From: Hypanus sabinus
Taxonomy: Eukaryota
Direction: 5' to 3'
NCBI RefSeq assembly: GCF_030144855.1
Contig: NC_082728.1
Coordinates: 32,984,001-33,048,000, forward strand
DNA length: 64,000 nt
In this document: positions 51,190-63,689 of the stretch, in pieces
Position numbering within the stretch: the stretch's first letter is position 1
Layout: the number at the start of each line of letters is the position of its first letter
Program-made: the position numbers and the translations under genes
Notes under the pieces: model-generated
Seen by the model: only the letters and a program-made list of their open reading frames with translations
Databases searched by the model: none
What the model was told of the DNA's origin: nothing

Positions 51190-51720
51190 ATTTTTTAATG
51201 TCACAATTTTCATCAGCTTGTTTCTTACTTGAAAACAGAAAGAGAAATGTGATGTTCGAAGAGGAGGGGAAGCAAAGGGACTGTGTAGAAGAAAGGTCAA
51301 ATAATCCATGGCAGAGAAGAAGGGATGAGGGGAGTGGAGAAATGAGGAACTGGAATCAGAGGGAAGTGAATGAGAATTGGACTAGAGAGCGAAAGAATGA
51401 GAGGGGGAAGGAGAAGGGGTCAGATGAGAATAAAGAAGGAACTGGGAGGAGTGAAAAGGAGATTGATGGCAAGAGCACAGGAGATTAAAGCGGGGAGAGG
51501 ATTGGAGGGGTATTGCAAGTGGAAGGACAGAAGGAATCAAAGGTGAGGGGAAGGAGTGGACAGCAGAGAAGAAGGGATTCAAGGGTAGAAATGGGGAGTG
51601 GAGGACAAACAGAACCAATAGAAAGGAAGCGCTTGGGAGTAGAGATCAAAGAAAGCAAACATCAGGGAACGAAGCATAAGAATCAAAGGGTAATAGAGCC
51701 TAGTCGAATGAGAAATGTGA
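51190..51720 (-). mobile_element. Probable Penelope-like purine-rich tail
   Basis: GA-rich block resembling the reverse of 50170-50330. Confidence 0.35.
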
Positions 51721-53544
51721 TGATATTTAGTTCTATTTGTTCTATATCATGTCAAGATCTTAAATCTCACCTGTTTATTATCTAATGGCATGTCAATCAA
51801 GAGAGGTGACAGAATATTATATTTCAAAAGACTAGTTTGCTGAACTACTTTAGTTTCTTTTCTGAAAGGGTTATCGCTAATTATTACTACTCTGAACTGT
51901 GGGTCTCTTCTCCATACCAAAGAGAAATTATCTCCAGCTAACAATGCAACTCAAATACAATAATCAAAAACAAATAAAGGTTGTGTCTTCTCATTCACTC
52001 CTTACTATTTCTATCTTCAAAGTTGTTCTGTATTTATCTTTACTAATTGTCTTGATATGGCATTATTGACATGGACAGTTTCTGTATCTGTTGTCTAATT
52101 TTGAAGTATTATTATCCTTTATTACACAACTGCAGATGGACAAAGTTTGTTGATTTGAGCTCTACAGGGATTTCTTCTACATTTAGAAATTGAGGTTAGC
52201 AATATTCTTGCCAGAATAAGCATTTTGTTGATCTGTCCAGTGAATAGTTATCACAATGCATTAATGGAGTGTAGGATGTTTCTGAGAGTGGCTGAACAGT
52301 GATTCGGGGGAGGATGTGCTCACACTCCCACCTACCATCATGTTGTCAAGAAACAGAGTATTCTGCAGTAGCTATTAATGCCTATTTTTATACAGTAATT
52401 CTGAATCCCTATCAATATTGTAAAATCATACCACACACGCACACACATAACATAAACTGCTAAAAATAATGGTCTTATTGTACTCTACAGACAACCTGGT
52501 GTGTTGAAAGTTTTTTCCGGAAAGCATGTCACTTTTCTGCTGTGAAATATATCATCAGAAAGGTAATCAAAGGTAATGGAATATAATATGGTTGTAACAC
52601 TAAAGGAGTAATCCAAGGGTCTGGATTATTAATCTGGAGACACTAAATATAAATCCCATTGTGGATGTTTCAGTGTGGAAATTGCAGCAAGGCAAGGGTT
52701 AAAATGGGGCACTGATAGCACAGAATGTGGAAGTTCAGAAAGGTAAGAATTAATATGATAAACTGACACAAACTGCAGTCACCCAGACTGAAAATGGCCC
52801 TTGGAAGCCTGACTCTCCTTTGCACAGACTTTCTGTTCAAGCCTGGGGACCAAGGTGACCAACATGTGATGAAGATGCAAACGGAGGATTTTAGGACACA
52901 GTGAATATTGCACACTTATTTCACTAATATCTCACGTACTATTGGCCTTTAGCACATGTATTTAATTGGTTATTAATAACTGAAATATGTATTATGATTG
53001 GTACTTAAATATGCAAATGATAGAATTTAGAAGCACACTAAGTTTATATTGAATCAATATCTGCCACGAGTCATGAGTCAATTTGCGTATAAAAATGGCA
53101 TCTCCTTGTTCGAACTTCAGAACAGTTTAGTGACAGGAGCTGAACTGTTCTTCTTGTGCACAATTATATAAAGTGTGATTGAGGAATGAGAGTGAGTTGT
53201 CAGATTCCAGTTAGTCAGCGATGATACCGGGCTAATAATGCAAAAACCAAGATTATTAATCTAGAGTCACTGAATACAAATTCCACATAGGATGTTTGAG
53301 AACTGAATTCTATTGATTGTACAACTAGCACTTTACATTTAAGGCACAGGACCACAGATGAATGGGCTGAAAGCCTTTGGGCTGGGACTCATAGAAGATC
53401 ATGTGGTTCAATCTGTTGGCAAAGGAATCACACAATGGAGAAAAAGAAGTCAAAGGTTAAATTTATTTCCCAAATTAGGTCAGTAACATTGCTAATCACT
53501 TTACAAAACAATTTTTTAAAATCCCACAGCTTTTGGTCACCTAA

Positions 53545-54060
53545 TTACAGGAAGATATTAATAAGGTTGAAAGAGTGCAGAGAAGGTTTACAAGGATGTT
53601 GCCGGGTCTTGAGAAACAGAGTTACAGAGAAAAGTTGAATAGGTTAGGACTTTATTCCCTGGAGCATAGGAGAATGAGGGGAGATTTGATAGAGGTGTGT
53701 AAAATTATGATGGGTATAGATAGAGTGAATGCAAGCAGGCTTTTTCCACTGAGGCCAGGGGAGAAAAAAAATCCAGAGGCTATGGGTTAAGGGTGAAGGG
53801 GGAAAAGTTTAAAGGGAACATTGGGGGCGTTTCTTCACGCAGAGAGTAATGGGAGTGTGGAATGAGCTGCCAGATGAAGTAGTGAATACGGGCTCACTTT
53901 TGACATTTAAGAAAAACTTGGACAGGTATATGGATGAGAGGGGTTTGAAGGGATATTACCCAGGTGCAGGTCAGTGAGACTAGGCAGAAAAATGGTTCGG
54001 CACAGCCAAGAAGGGCCAAAAGGCCTGTTTCTGTGCGGTAATGTTCTATGGTTCTATGGT
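53545..54060 (+). mobile_element. CR1 3' end
   Basis: ERVQRRFTRMLPGL..RMRGDLIEV; ttctatggttctatgg tail. Confidence 0.9.
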
Positions 54061-55537
54061 TTTCACTCTTCTGACAATAAAAATAAAGCAAATGACACTT
54101 AATTTTCATTTTGTTTTAATTACTCACTTGAACTGAATAGTATTTTTATGAGGATCCGCTAGAGGACTGATGTACTTTAAAGTTGCTGTCACCAAATATT
54201 ACGGTTCGATTTTAAAACCTTACATTGTTACAGCCAGCTCACATTCATTGGCATGGCTCACATAAGCGATAGTGTAGGATAGTAAGACATTAGAAATGGT
54301 TAATGTATCTAAATACTTTTAGGAAGAAAAGAAGAACAATGTAAATTTTACAAAATAATTCGTATAAAATACATCTAAAAATATCAAATCAGCTTTGTAA
54401 CTGGGCTATGTACATAAAACAAATTAAAGTAGAAATACTTAGAAAATAAGCAGAAATTTTCAAAGTAAATTTAGATATTCTAATCCTTAAAAACATAGAA
54501 AAGACGACTGATCAAATTATAATCTATAATATTGCACATGGGTTCACTGCATTTGAATAAAAAGACAAAGTGCAAAAAACTATAACTTGCACAATTGATA
54601 TGTTATAATAATAGACAACCGTTGATCTCAGGAGATCATGGGTTTGCGCCTCTGGTGGGTTGTGTCCTTTCCAGGGTGCAAGCCTGGGTGGGAAGATTTG
54701 AAGAACCGGCTGTTGCCCATGCAGTGGGTTCCTCCTCTCCATGTCACTGATGTAACCCAAGGGAAGGGCAAGTGCCGATACAACTTGGCACCAGTGTCAT
54801 CGCAGAGTTGCCAGAGTGAAGCTGCAAACATCATCAAACTGCCTAAGGGACCCGGGCTCCGGATTTCTTCCTTGGGGTTTACTCGCGAAGACTTTCCCAT
54901 GAGTAAGTATGGCCACCAGACAGCGGAGGTTTAAAAGCAGTTTTCCTTCTCCATACATACATTACAAATGGCAAATATGTGTAGTATTCTACTTACATAA
55001 TGCTCCTTCTGCTTCTATTTTCGACTGAAGCTGACTACATATCACATTTCACTGTTTTAGTTCCTGAGAAGTACAGCTCAGTGGAAGAATGGCATAATGG
55101 ATTCATTCAACAGGAAGCAAACTTTCAAAGTGCAACTAAGCTTAAGAGCTTTTGCTCTTTTCATTGCCTTATAGTGATTTTGTACAGACTTAGTATTTCA
55201 GGTGTAAAACAGTGTCGCTCCTTGACACTCAAGACTGATCTCACTGATGAGATTTATCAAAGCACTAATAATCAATATGTGAAGCCATTAACTTCAGATA
55301 AAAGCAATGGTGAAGAGTTCAACAAAGTGCCCGAGTTAAAACTGTGTTCTTATTTTACCCAAGAACTGAGATTATTAAAAGCACAACTTGAAAGCAAAAA
55401 TTATTACAGAGGAATGTCATAGTTCTTTGTGAAGGATGTTGAAGTTTCACAGTTGCACAACAGAACATCAGACAGATCAGACATCATATCACAAATGATG
55501 ATTCCTCGATGTAAGTTCGAAGTTAGCGGGGCAGTCT

Positions 55538-55561
55538 TCAAACCTGAGTAAATTTTTTAAG
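55538..55561 (-). CDS. B7-family gene, predicted last coding exon (LKKFTQV*)
   Basis: Strong acceptor ttcttctttaacag; phase 0 after the 35-nt exon; 80-nt intron. Confidence 0.55.
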   Translation of the reverse strand, partial: LKKFTQV

Positions 55562-55641
55562 CTGTTAAAGAAGAACAAATAAATTTTGAAAATCATGATG
55601 AGTGTGGCTAAAAATAAGTCAACGTTTGAAATCAAACCTAC

Positions 55642-55676
55642 CATTTGATTTCCTGCTTCTTCAACGAACTGTCGAA
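55642..55676 (-). CDS. B7-family gene, predicted cytoplasmic exon ((V)RQFVEEAGNQM)
   Basis: Acceptor tttcttttgtatttag, donor GTAGGT, phase 1 matches TM exon. Confidence 0.6.
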
Positions 55677-56084
55677 CTAAATACAAAAGAAAATAAATTA
55701 TTGTTATTTATGTTACAGTAATTTGAAGTAAATTAATATTTCTTGATGTAAAAATAATCCAAATTATTTTCCTTATTTTTGTTAATCTCCTAATCATGCA
55801 TACTAAGAGTAGTAACAATGACAGTAATAATGAATTCTGACATTTTCTGTAATATTCAGGTATTTCCAACAACAACGTGATGCAAAATTGATACAATTTT
55901 GAGACTGGGACCAGTCTACAAATAATATGTCACTCCCTCTCAGTTGGAAATTATGTTACCAATCGATCAGTTTAATTGTCTCAAGTAATAAATAATCCAG
56001 GTGAAATTAATTTAAATCCTAGCCTTGCAATATGGGTAGTTGAGCGTAGTTTAATAAGTATGCCTGCTGCCAGTAACTGTAAGC

Positions 56085-56420
56085 ATTAAGATTTATCTCT
56101 ATCTACTCCCCATTCTGATCTTTCACTTCTTCCCACCTGCCTATTCTGGTTCCACTCCTCCTTCGCTTTCTCCAATGGTCCATTTTCCCCCTTCAGATTC
56201 TTTCTTCTCCAGCCTCGACCCTTCCCATCCACCTGGCTTCACCTATCACTTTCCTGCTAGCCTCTTTCACCTCCCCCCTCACCACATTTATTTTCTGGTG
56301 TCTTCCCCCCCTTCCTTCACAGCCCTAAAGAATGGTCTCAGTCACAAATGTCAACTGTTTACACTTTTCCACATATGCCGCCTAACTTACGGAGTTCTTC
56401 CAGCGTTCTGTGTGTTTGCT
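56085..56420 (+). mobile_element. Penelope-like 3' fragment
   Basis: cacctggcttcacctatcac and terminal unit as at 50.3-50.8 kb. Confidence 0.65.
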
Positions 56421-56639
56421 TAAGATTCAATCTCCTTTAGAATATTGTGGAAAAAAAACAACTTGCTTATTCATGTCCTTTAACAAAGAAAACACACTAC
56501 TCTTAATTAGTCTGGCTTTATTTCATCTGACAACTTTCCAATGTTGTTACCTTAACTATCCTAGTTACTGGCAAGTCACTCAATTAACTGCTAAAACACA
56601 CAGAAACACTTACTCAATGCAATGAAGGCCAGCAAGTCA

Positions 56640-56970
56640 AAGTTCAAAAGTTAAAACTTTATTATTAAAGTACGTACTGTCACCATATGTACTACTAGCA
56701 TGAGATTCATTTTCCTGTGGGGACTCACAGTCGACACAAGGAGATACGACAGAAGCAGTAAAAATCTACACAGAAAGGTGGTCAGACAACCAATGTGCAA
56801 AAGAAGGCAAACCTTGCAAATGCAAAAAAAGTAATAAATAATATTGAGAACATGAGCTGTAGAGTTGTGGAATCAGTTCAGTGTTGAGGTGTGCGAAGAT
56901 ATCCTCACTGCTCCGGAGTTTGATGGTTCAAGGGTAATAACTGTTCCTGAGCCTGGTAGTGTAGGACCAA
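56640..56970 (-). mobile_element. Rex1/Babar-like LINE 3' fragment
   Basis: Same tail as 20340-20820. Confidence 0.6.
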
Positions 56971-57063
56971 TGGCTCCATAATGTCACACATAAATTATGT
57001 TTTTAAAACCTTCTTTTCTTTTTTATAGAATGCTCTCTCCAGCACCATTTGCTTTACCCAATA

Positions 57064-57119
57064 CTACATCAATACTTGGTGCACTGTATATGTTGGTAGT
57101 TTGGTAACAGAATCAGACC
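57064..57119 (-). CDS. Possible alternative terminal exon of the B7 gene (GSDSVTKLPTYTVHQVLM*)
   Basis: Acceptor ctgatttaccttctgcag, phase-compatible, short open frame to TAG. Confidence 0.3.
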
Positions 57120-57515
57120 CTGCAGAAGGTAAATCAGAGCTTTCCAGGGTGACTCATCTGGTGAGTCTTTAGATGGAAGTGTGAATATGGTGAAAAGATC
57201 TGCACATTCTGAGGCCAGGATCTGGATTAATTGGTTAAATAATTTAACATGGTTTATATTGGTACTTTATCTACCTATCCCTGTAAACATCCACTGCAGA
57301 CAGGACTTCAAATCTGCTTGTGTTTGGAAGGCAAATGCACAAATACATACACAGCCCTGCTAACAATTTTGACCAGCCAGCTATAGATCATAACAATTGG
57401 CAATCATTAAAGTCTTAAGTATTTCAGATTAATCAATGGTTATCTATGCATAATTTTACACCAGTGATTAATACTTTGAATTACAAGGGTTGAGAAGTTG
57501 GCTGAAATTTTGTAC

Positions 57516-57662
57516 CTGGTTGGCGCCTTCTCCAGAGTTTCAAAAGACCCAGGAGGATTATTCCAGCTGCAAGACCTCCAACAACGATACCTACTGCTGT
57601 GAGGGATTTGCTCTTTTTTCCTTCAATGTGTTCATTATTAATTAATGGATTCACATTTGAAA
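57516..57662 (-). CDS. B7-family gene, stalk/transmembrane exon
   Basis: Acceptor ctgttttttttttag; LTAVGIVVGGLAAGIILLGLL then KLWRRR; 147 nt phase 1-1; donor CAG|GTACAA. Confidence 0.88.
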
Positions 57663-58119
57663 CTAAAAAAAAAACAGAAAAAGCCATAAATTTCATCATC
57701 AATCTTTATAAGAAAATTGATGTCATTTGCTTATACACACCACAATTTTTAAAAATCAGTCATGTTGTTCTCCAAGCAAAACTGTGAATCCCATAACCAC
57801 CCTGGAACAAACACCCTCAAGAGCTAAATAGAGCCTCTAATGCATAACAAATGTAAGAAAAAGAAAAATGATTGGGATATCCAAAAAATAATAACTTCCC
57901 TATCATTCAATGAGATTGTGGCTTATATCTCAGCTATATTTTCATACACTTTCCATATATCTCTAAATACCCAAACTTCTATTTATCTCAATCTTGACAA
58001 TATTTGGCGACTCAACTTCTGCATTCTCCATGGATAGATTAACTGGCTTTTGATGAAATCCTTCTTTTCATCTGGGTCATGGAAGGACAATACTGAATTT
58101 TGTTTCATTTTCATTTTTA

Positions 58120-60220
58120 GAATCTTTTTATTAATGTATAATCTTCAACAACTATAGAATAATATAAAACCAACAAATTAATATGTATACAATTAATAGA
58201 GCTGAAGAAAAAAATCTAATCGTAATATATAAAAATGAAAAAGAAATTATATATAGAAAAAAGGGAAAAAAGAACCCCTATTAAACTACAAAAAAAGCAC
58301 TATTAGGAATCAACCCCCAGAAGCAATACGATTAACCATCATCGAGATATGTAGAAAAAAGTCATCAACCGCCAATTCACATTTTTTTTTAAAGATAATA
58401 AAATTGGAAGGAAACCATGTAGAATAATTCAAATTAAATGATAATATTTGGCAAAAGTGTCCCATCTTCTCTCAAAATCAAATCGAAGTTCAAAAGTTCT
58501 ACTTCTAATTTTTTCCAAGCTGAGAGACAACCTTACTTGAGAAAACCATTCAATTAATGTATGGGAAGAGATATCTTTCCATTTTAATAAAATAGCCCTT
58601 CTTGCCAACAATGTAACAAATGCAATTACATGTTGATCTGAAGATGAAATACCCTGAATATGATATGCAACTATTCCAAATAGAACAGTTAGTCTATTAG
58701 GCTGTAAATTAATTTTCAAAGCTTTAGAGATTGTAGAAAATAAAGATTTCCAAAACAGTTTTAATGAAGAACATGACCAGAACATATGTGACAAAGTAGC
58801 TACTTCAGTTTTATACCTATCACAGTAACTATCTACAATAGGAAATATTTTAGTTAGTCTCTCCTTTGTTAAATAATCACGGACAATCATGGATAATTTT
58901 AAATCAAATTAAACAGTGATTGGCACATATAGAAAAATTTACATTTTTCAAAATTCGAACCCAATCTTCATTCACAAATATCATATTATGTTCCCTGTCC
59001 CAATCTTGTTTAATCTTTAGTGATAGGTTCTCTTTTTGTAACAAGAGTAAATAATAAATTCTGCTAATGGAACCTTTCACTAAGAGATTCAATTACAAAA
59101 TGGTATCCAACAAATCAGATTCTTGTAAATATGGGAACTTAGGTAAATATTGCTGTAAAAAATGTCTAACCTGAAAATATTGCAAAAATTGTGTATAAGC
59201 GAGAGAGTATTTGTTAATTAACTCTTCAAAAGTCATCAATCAACCATTACCAAATAAATCTGTAAAAGAACAGATCCCTTTATTTTTCCATTGGAGAAAA
59301 ATGGGGTCAGTTATTGAAGGTTTAAATGAAAAGTTTCGATATAAAAAAACTAGAACACTTAAATTGTTTAAACTTTTAAAAATTACGAAATTGAATCCAA
59401 ATCCGTAAAGATTGTTTAATAAGCGGGAAAAAATTTAAATTTGGAATTTTAGAGAGCTGTAAAGGTAATGAAGTTCTTAATATTGAAGTTAAATGAAATT
59501 GTTTAACAGCTTTTAATTCCAAATCAACCCAAAGTGGTTTTTGGCTCTTATCGAGATAACCAAAAACATAATTGTCTAATACTCACAGCCTAATAATACA
59601 GTCTTAAATTAGGAAGTGTAAGTCCACCATCTTTTTTGGGTTTTTGTAAATGGTATTTGTTAATTCTTGGTCTCTCATTGTTCCAATTAAAAGAAATAAG
59701 AGAGTCAATTTGATCATAAAAATGTATTTAAAAAGATAGGTAAATTATGGAAAATATATAAAAATCTAGATAAAATCATCATTTTCACAGCATGGATACG
59801 ACCTATTAAAAAAAGAGTAAGTGGATTCCATCTAGAAAATTGTAATTTCATGGAGTCTACTAGAGGAATTATATTAGCTTTATAAAGATCTTTATATTGT
59901 TTAGTAATTATAATACCGAAATATCTAAATGTATTAACAATTCAAAAAGGAATATCATTATATGTTCTAACAGGAGCATTTAATGGAAACAATTCACTTT
60001 CATTCAACTGAATTTTGAAACTGAAGCTGTGTCCAGACACTTCAACCAGGGAATATCAACAACATGTGAGGAACCGTGATAATCTTGTACCTTCCAATGA
60101 GATCAACACAGATTTTTTTTTATTTAAGGGAGCATAGGTCAAAACCCCTATTCTAGGAATTAACCTGGTTACCCATTGCTCCAGTCTCTCTATTGCAAAC
60201 CCATAGGCAAATAGTATTCC
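58120..60220 (-). mobile_element. L1-clade LINE ORF2 3' part in intron of B7 gene
   Basis: CDRYK..ATLSHMFWSC..FWK, LLARRAILLKWK, LSLEKI..RW C-terminal motifs. Confidence 0.88.
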
Positions 60221-61010
60221 AAATGTTGACTCACCAGGGCCCTCAATAATTGGAGCAAAATAGCCCCATTCTTGAAGTTAAATCATCATGCAATTAAAAC
60301 CTAATAAATAATCTGGCTTCCTACTTATTGCATCATATGGAAATTAAATTTCAGTGATTTGTGTTAATTGATGTGTACATTGCTCTAAACACCAACAGCT
60401 TTCAATTTAACATGAGTTAATGGTGGAGTAGGCCTGACAGGCCAGATGACATGATTATGTTTCTATTTTTTATGTTCATATATTCAATTGTTTCCCTTCC
60501 CCACCACTCCCAACTGCTCTCTGTACCTTCCCCCTTTGATTCCACATCTGCCTCTAAGTCAGCCTGACCTGAATTCACCTATCACCTGCTAGCTCTTGTT
60601 CCAGCCCTTCTGTTCACCTTGTAATGGTTTATATCTCTCCTCTTTCAGTCCAGATGGAGAGGCTAAACCTGAGATATCAATTGGCCATTTTTCTTACACA
60701 TGCTACTTCAACCATTAAGTCCTTCCAACTTTTTCTAGCTAAGACTGATCACTGCAGTATCCCATTTGTCATGCCTCCCAGACTGAAAATCACCAGCATA
60801 TTTCTAATTTTTTTGTCCATATCCCAATATTCAGACTAGGCCAGTATATTGCATCTTGTGACATATGGTATAATTTGCTTTGTTACACCCACTCAAAGTT
60901 CTTCTGGAAATCCAAATATACCAAGTTGGCAGCATTGAGAACCAGCAATATTGTAGCAATTAGTTAAACAATCACTTTCCTAATCATGAAACAGAAGATT
61001 ATGAACATAC

Positions 61011-61295
61011 TTGAGATATTGTTCCTGGCTTCATATTTACGCTCTGCCTCATTCCACACAGCACAAGTGTAGTTATGCTCCTGGTCAGTTTCTGACGTTA
61101 TAATTGGAAGTGTGCTGGTCATAGAGATCAGTCCTTGAGCAGTTTCTTTTCTTTTGGTTTCTGAGCTGAGTGTGAGGTTTTTCCCATTGACAGTCCAATG
61201 AATCTGAGCAGAAGGATATCCAGTTGTTTCACAAGTGACCACCTTGGTCATTTCTGCCAAATTAACTAAGGCCAGTTTTGGCAAACTGTAGGGAG
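61011..61295 (-). CDS. B7-family gene, IgC exon
   Basis: ttttag|(A)PYSLP..VTCETTGYPSAQIHW..GLISMTSTL..YTCAVWN; 285 nt phase 1-1; donor GTATGT. Confidence 0.93.
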
Positions 61296-61639
61296 CTAAA
61301 ACGAGAGCATTGTATTATTCGATAATATTAGTGAATCTTTCATTATTCCAAAATCTGCCATCGCTGCCATAGTATTCCAGCATGGCCCTTGAAAATCAAA
61401 GCTCTTAACACTTAATAATGGCTGAACGCAACCCAATTGCTGTTTCAGCACAGGTAGTCAGCAGTTCTCACAGAATAGATACAGCAACCAGTGAAACCCT
61501 GAGCTCTGCCTCAGAGGCTTTCACTTTCATAAACATTCATCAAGGTATAACTATTATTGTATTGAAAAACTGAACTTCATACCTATGCTAAACAACTAAT
61601 TAAGGAAAATATAACCATCCCAGGAGACATTTTTCATTC

Positions 61640-61920
61640 CTTTGAATGGATTCTGCTATGTTTACACCAGCTTTAAGCTGCAAAGCCCTGGGTACAGATT
61701 CCTCGAGGACACGCTTGGTGCAGCACAGGGGCAACCACTGCCTTTGGGGTATGCCACTACGATGGAGAGATATCGGTTAATTCTCAGCATTAATGCCAAG
61801 GGATCCTTGCCAGCATATGTTGATGCAACAACACCAAAAGTAGGTAATCTACTCAGTAGTACAGTCATCCACCATGAATGGATACTTTCACCCTACCAGT
61901 TACCTGGTGAGTTTACTAAT
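61640..61920 (+). mobile_element. Rex1/Babar-like endonuclease fragment
   Basis: SPYQLPGEFT resembles RPFYLPREF. Confidence 0.45.
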
Positions 61921-62214
61921 ATGGGGGGGGGGGGGGGGGATTGGCTTCAGTGAAAGTGATATGATTTGGGACATTCTGGAGATTTAAAACCTGTTATATG
62001 AATGCAAAGGTATTCTTTGTTTTTACAGATAAAACTCTCATACAATATTTATTTACCTACTGTAACCTTCTATCCTTTTTTTCATAAATGTCTATTTTTG
62101 TAATAATAAACGCAAAACAAAGGTGTTTTGGGGAAGTAAAACTGCATTTTACGTCAGTTAGAATTAACCAGTTTTTGAAATGGAAAAAACCAAGGAAAGT
62201 ATACTGTTACTCAC

Positions 62215-62541
62215 CTTTAACCACTAAAACGATGTTAACGTCCTTAAATCCCAGATTTGTTTCCAAATAATAATTATATTTCCCACTATCTGAAAGTTGT
62301 GTTTTTTGAAGTACCAACGATACATTTTGTTGATCCGGAGAAAGTAATTTAATTCGATCCTGAGCTTTCCTCGGATTATGACTTCCATCAAACTTAAAAA
62401 CTAGAGTATCATCTCCATCATCTTTTCTCAATTCAATGTCCAGGAGTTTACTTGGCTTTGCCGTTGTCAGGTTGCATGGCAATATCGTGTCCTCGTTCAA
62501 TATTCCCGTCACCGTCTCCTCGCACTTCAAAGTCACGAACT
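62215..62541 (-). CDS. B7-family gene, IgV exon
   Basis: ttttgcag|(E)FVTLKCEETVTGILNEDTILPC..RIKL..NVSLVLQKTQLSDSGKY..VK|gtgag; 327 nt phase 1-1. Confidence 0.93.
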
Positions 62542-62625
62542 CTGCAAAACAATACATCCCATCATCTTCCATTACTATCGTCAGTGTTGAATGAGCTAGT
62601 GACTGAAAAACGATTTACTACTTAC

Positions 62626-62689
62626 CTTTTACAGAGTAAACGTTTGCACACAGCACCAAGTAACAATATATTACTAGGTTTAAATCCAT
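62626..62689 (-). CDS. B7-family gene (CD274/CD276-like), signal-peptide exon MDLNLVIYCYLVLCANVYSVK
   Basis: gaaATGG start, hydrophobic core, AAG|GTAAGT donor, 84-nt intron to IgV; spliced product ~293 aa. Confidence 0.85.
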
Positions 62690-63189
62690 TTCCAGTATTC
62701 CCTTCATCTGCCTACCGATTTAAACACAATATACAATAAATGTTTAAAGATCAGAAATCGGATGTTTGCCAGGAATTTCATATAATGTAAAGTCCAAGTA
62801 GGTTACAAAAAGGTAAATTGCATCAACTACATTCGATTGCTATATATGTTTGATCAATCAGAAAACCTCGTATAAGTAACCCACTGGGTTTCTAGTTTGC
62901 TCTACGTTTAGCAGACTCTCCGCGACTGCGGACATTCGCTGCCTGGATCAAAGTGTTAATGCAAACACAGAAAACCAGTAGAGCTAAAGCAACAACCAAG
63001 TGTTGGAATCTACAGCGGGCAACCGGATTTGCCATTTCGATCCACTTGAGAAAGCTGCAAGAGTCTGCAATCACCTGTGGAGGGACCGCGGAGCCGAGTT
63101 TACCAACGCGCCTCACGCTGTCCCCCCGACAGCCTGCGAAATTCGTATCGATTCGGCGGTCTGGGGACTTGTGTTTCCTGGACTTTCAA

Positions 63190-63475
63190 CTTCCTTGCTT
63201 TCTGTTTCAATCTGAATGGCGAGGACGATGGTGGCGATACCGAGTTTCAATTCCAAAAATAACTACTGTACCGAAGATTTATGCCTGACATGCAACTTTT
63301 TAAAGTTGTACGGCTGTTAAACTTGCAGGTAACCCGCGGCCTCTTCACCAGCAGCTCACTCGGAAAAGTGTCTTACGAAATGGAGGTCAATGGTGTGCTG
63401 CGAAAACCGAAACTAATGCGGGAAATACCCGGGAATGTGATTTCAGCAAACCCAACCCTTTCTTGTAAGAAGTAT
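63190..63475. promoter_or_regulatory. Interferon/NF-kB-type motif cluster upstream of B7 gene
   Basis: TTTCTGTTTC 63199-63208, TTTCAATTCC (EICE) 63245-63254, GAAAACCGAAACT (IRF-E) 63402-63414, GGGAAATACCC 63420-63430, TTCTTGTAA 63460-63468; CpG-enriched. Confidence 0.6.
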
Positions 63476-63689
63476 ACTGTCCCCAGCCGGACTTGCTCCT
63501 TATTACACCGCTCCGGTGACATTCCAGGGACATTGTCTAAAGTCCATCTTCCAGTTTTTATTTTAGTTTTCTTCGTCAACGTCAATTAATATTGTGGACT
63601 GACATCGCAAATATTTGAATTCATAACGATCACAAAATCATCATTTCCACATTCTGAGCGTTGTTTTGGATTGCACCGATGATCTGTGC

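Noticed and set aside
55000-55422. 140-aa plus-strand ORF
   Set aside because: No motif recognised; antisense to the probable 3' UTR of the B7 gene
57064-57119. PTYTVH as an ITIM/ITSM
   Set aside because: Residues at Y-2 (Pro) and Y+3 (His) do not fit either consensus
62207-62572. ORF-track start MEDDGMYCFA for the IgV
   Set aside because: Those residues are intronic; acceptor at 62542-62543 and the upstream signal-peptide exon explain the start better
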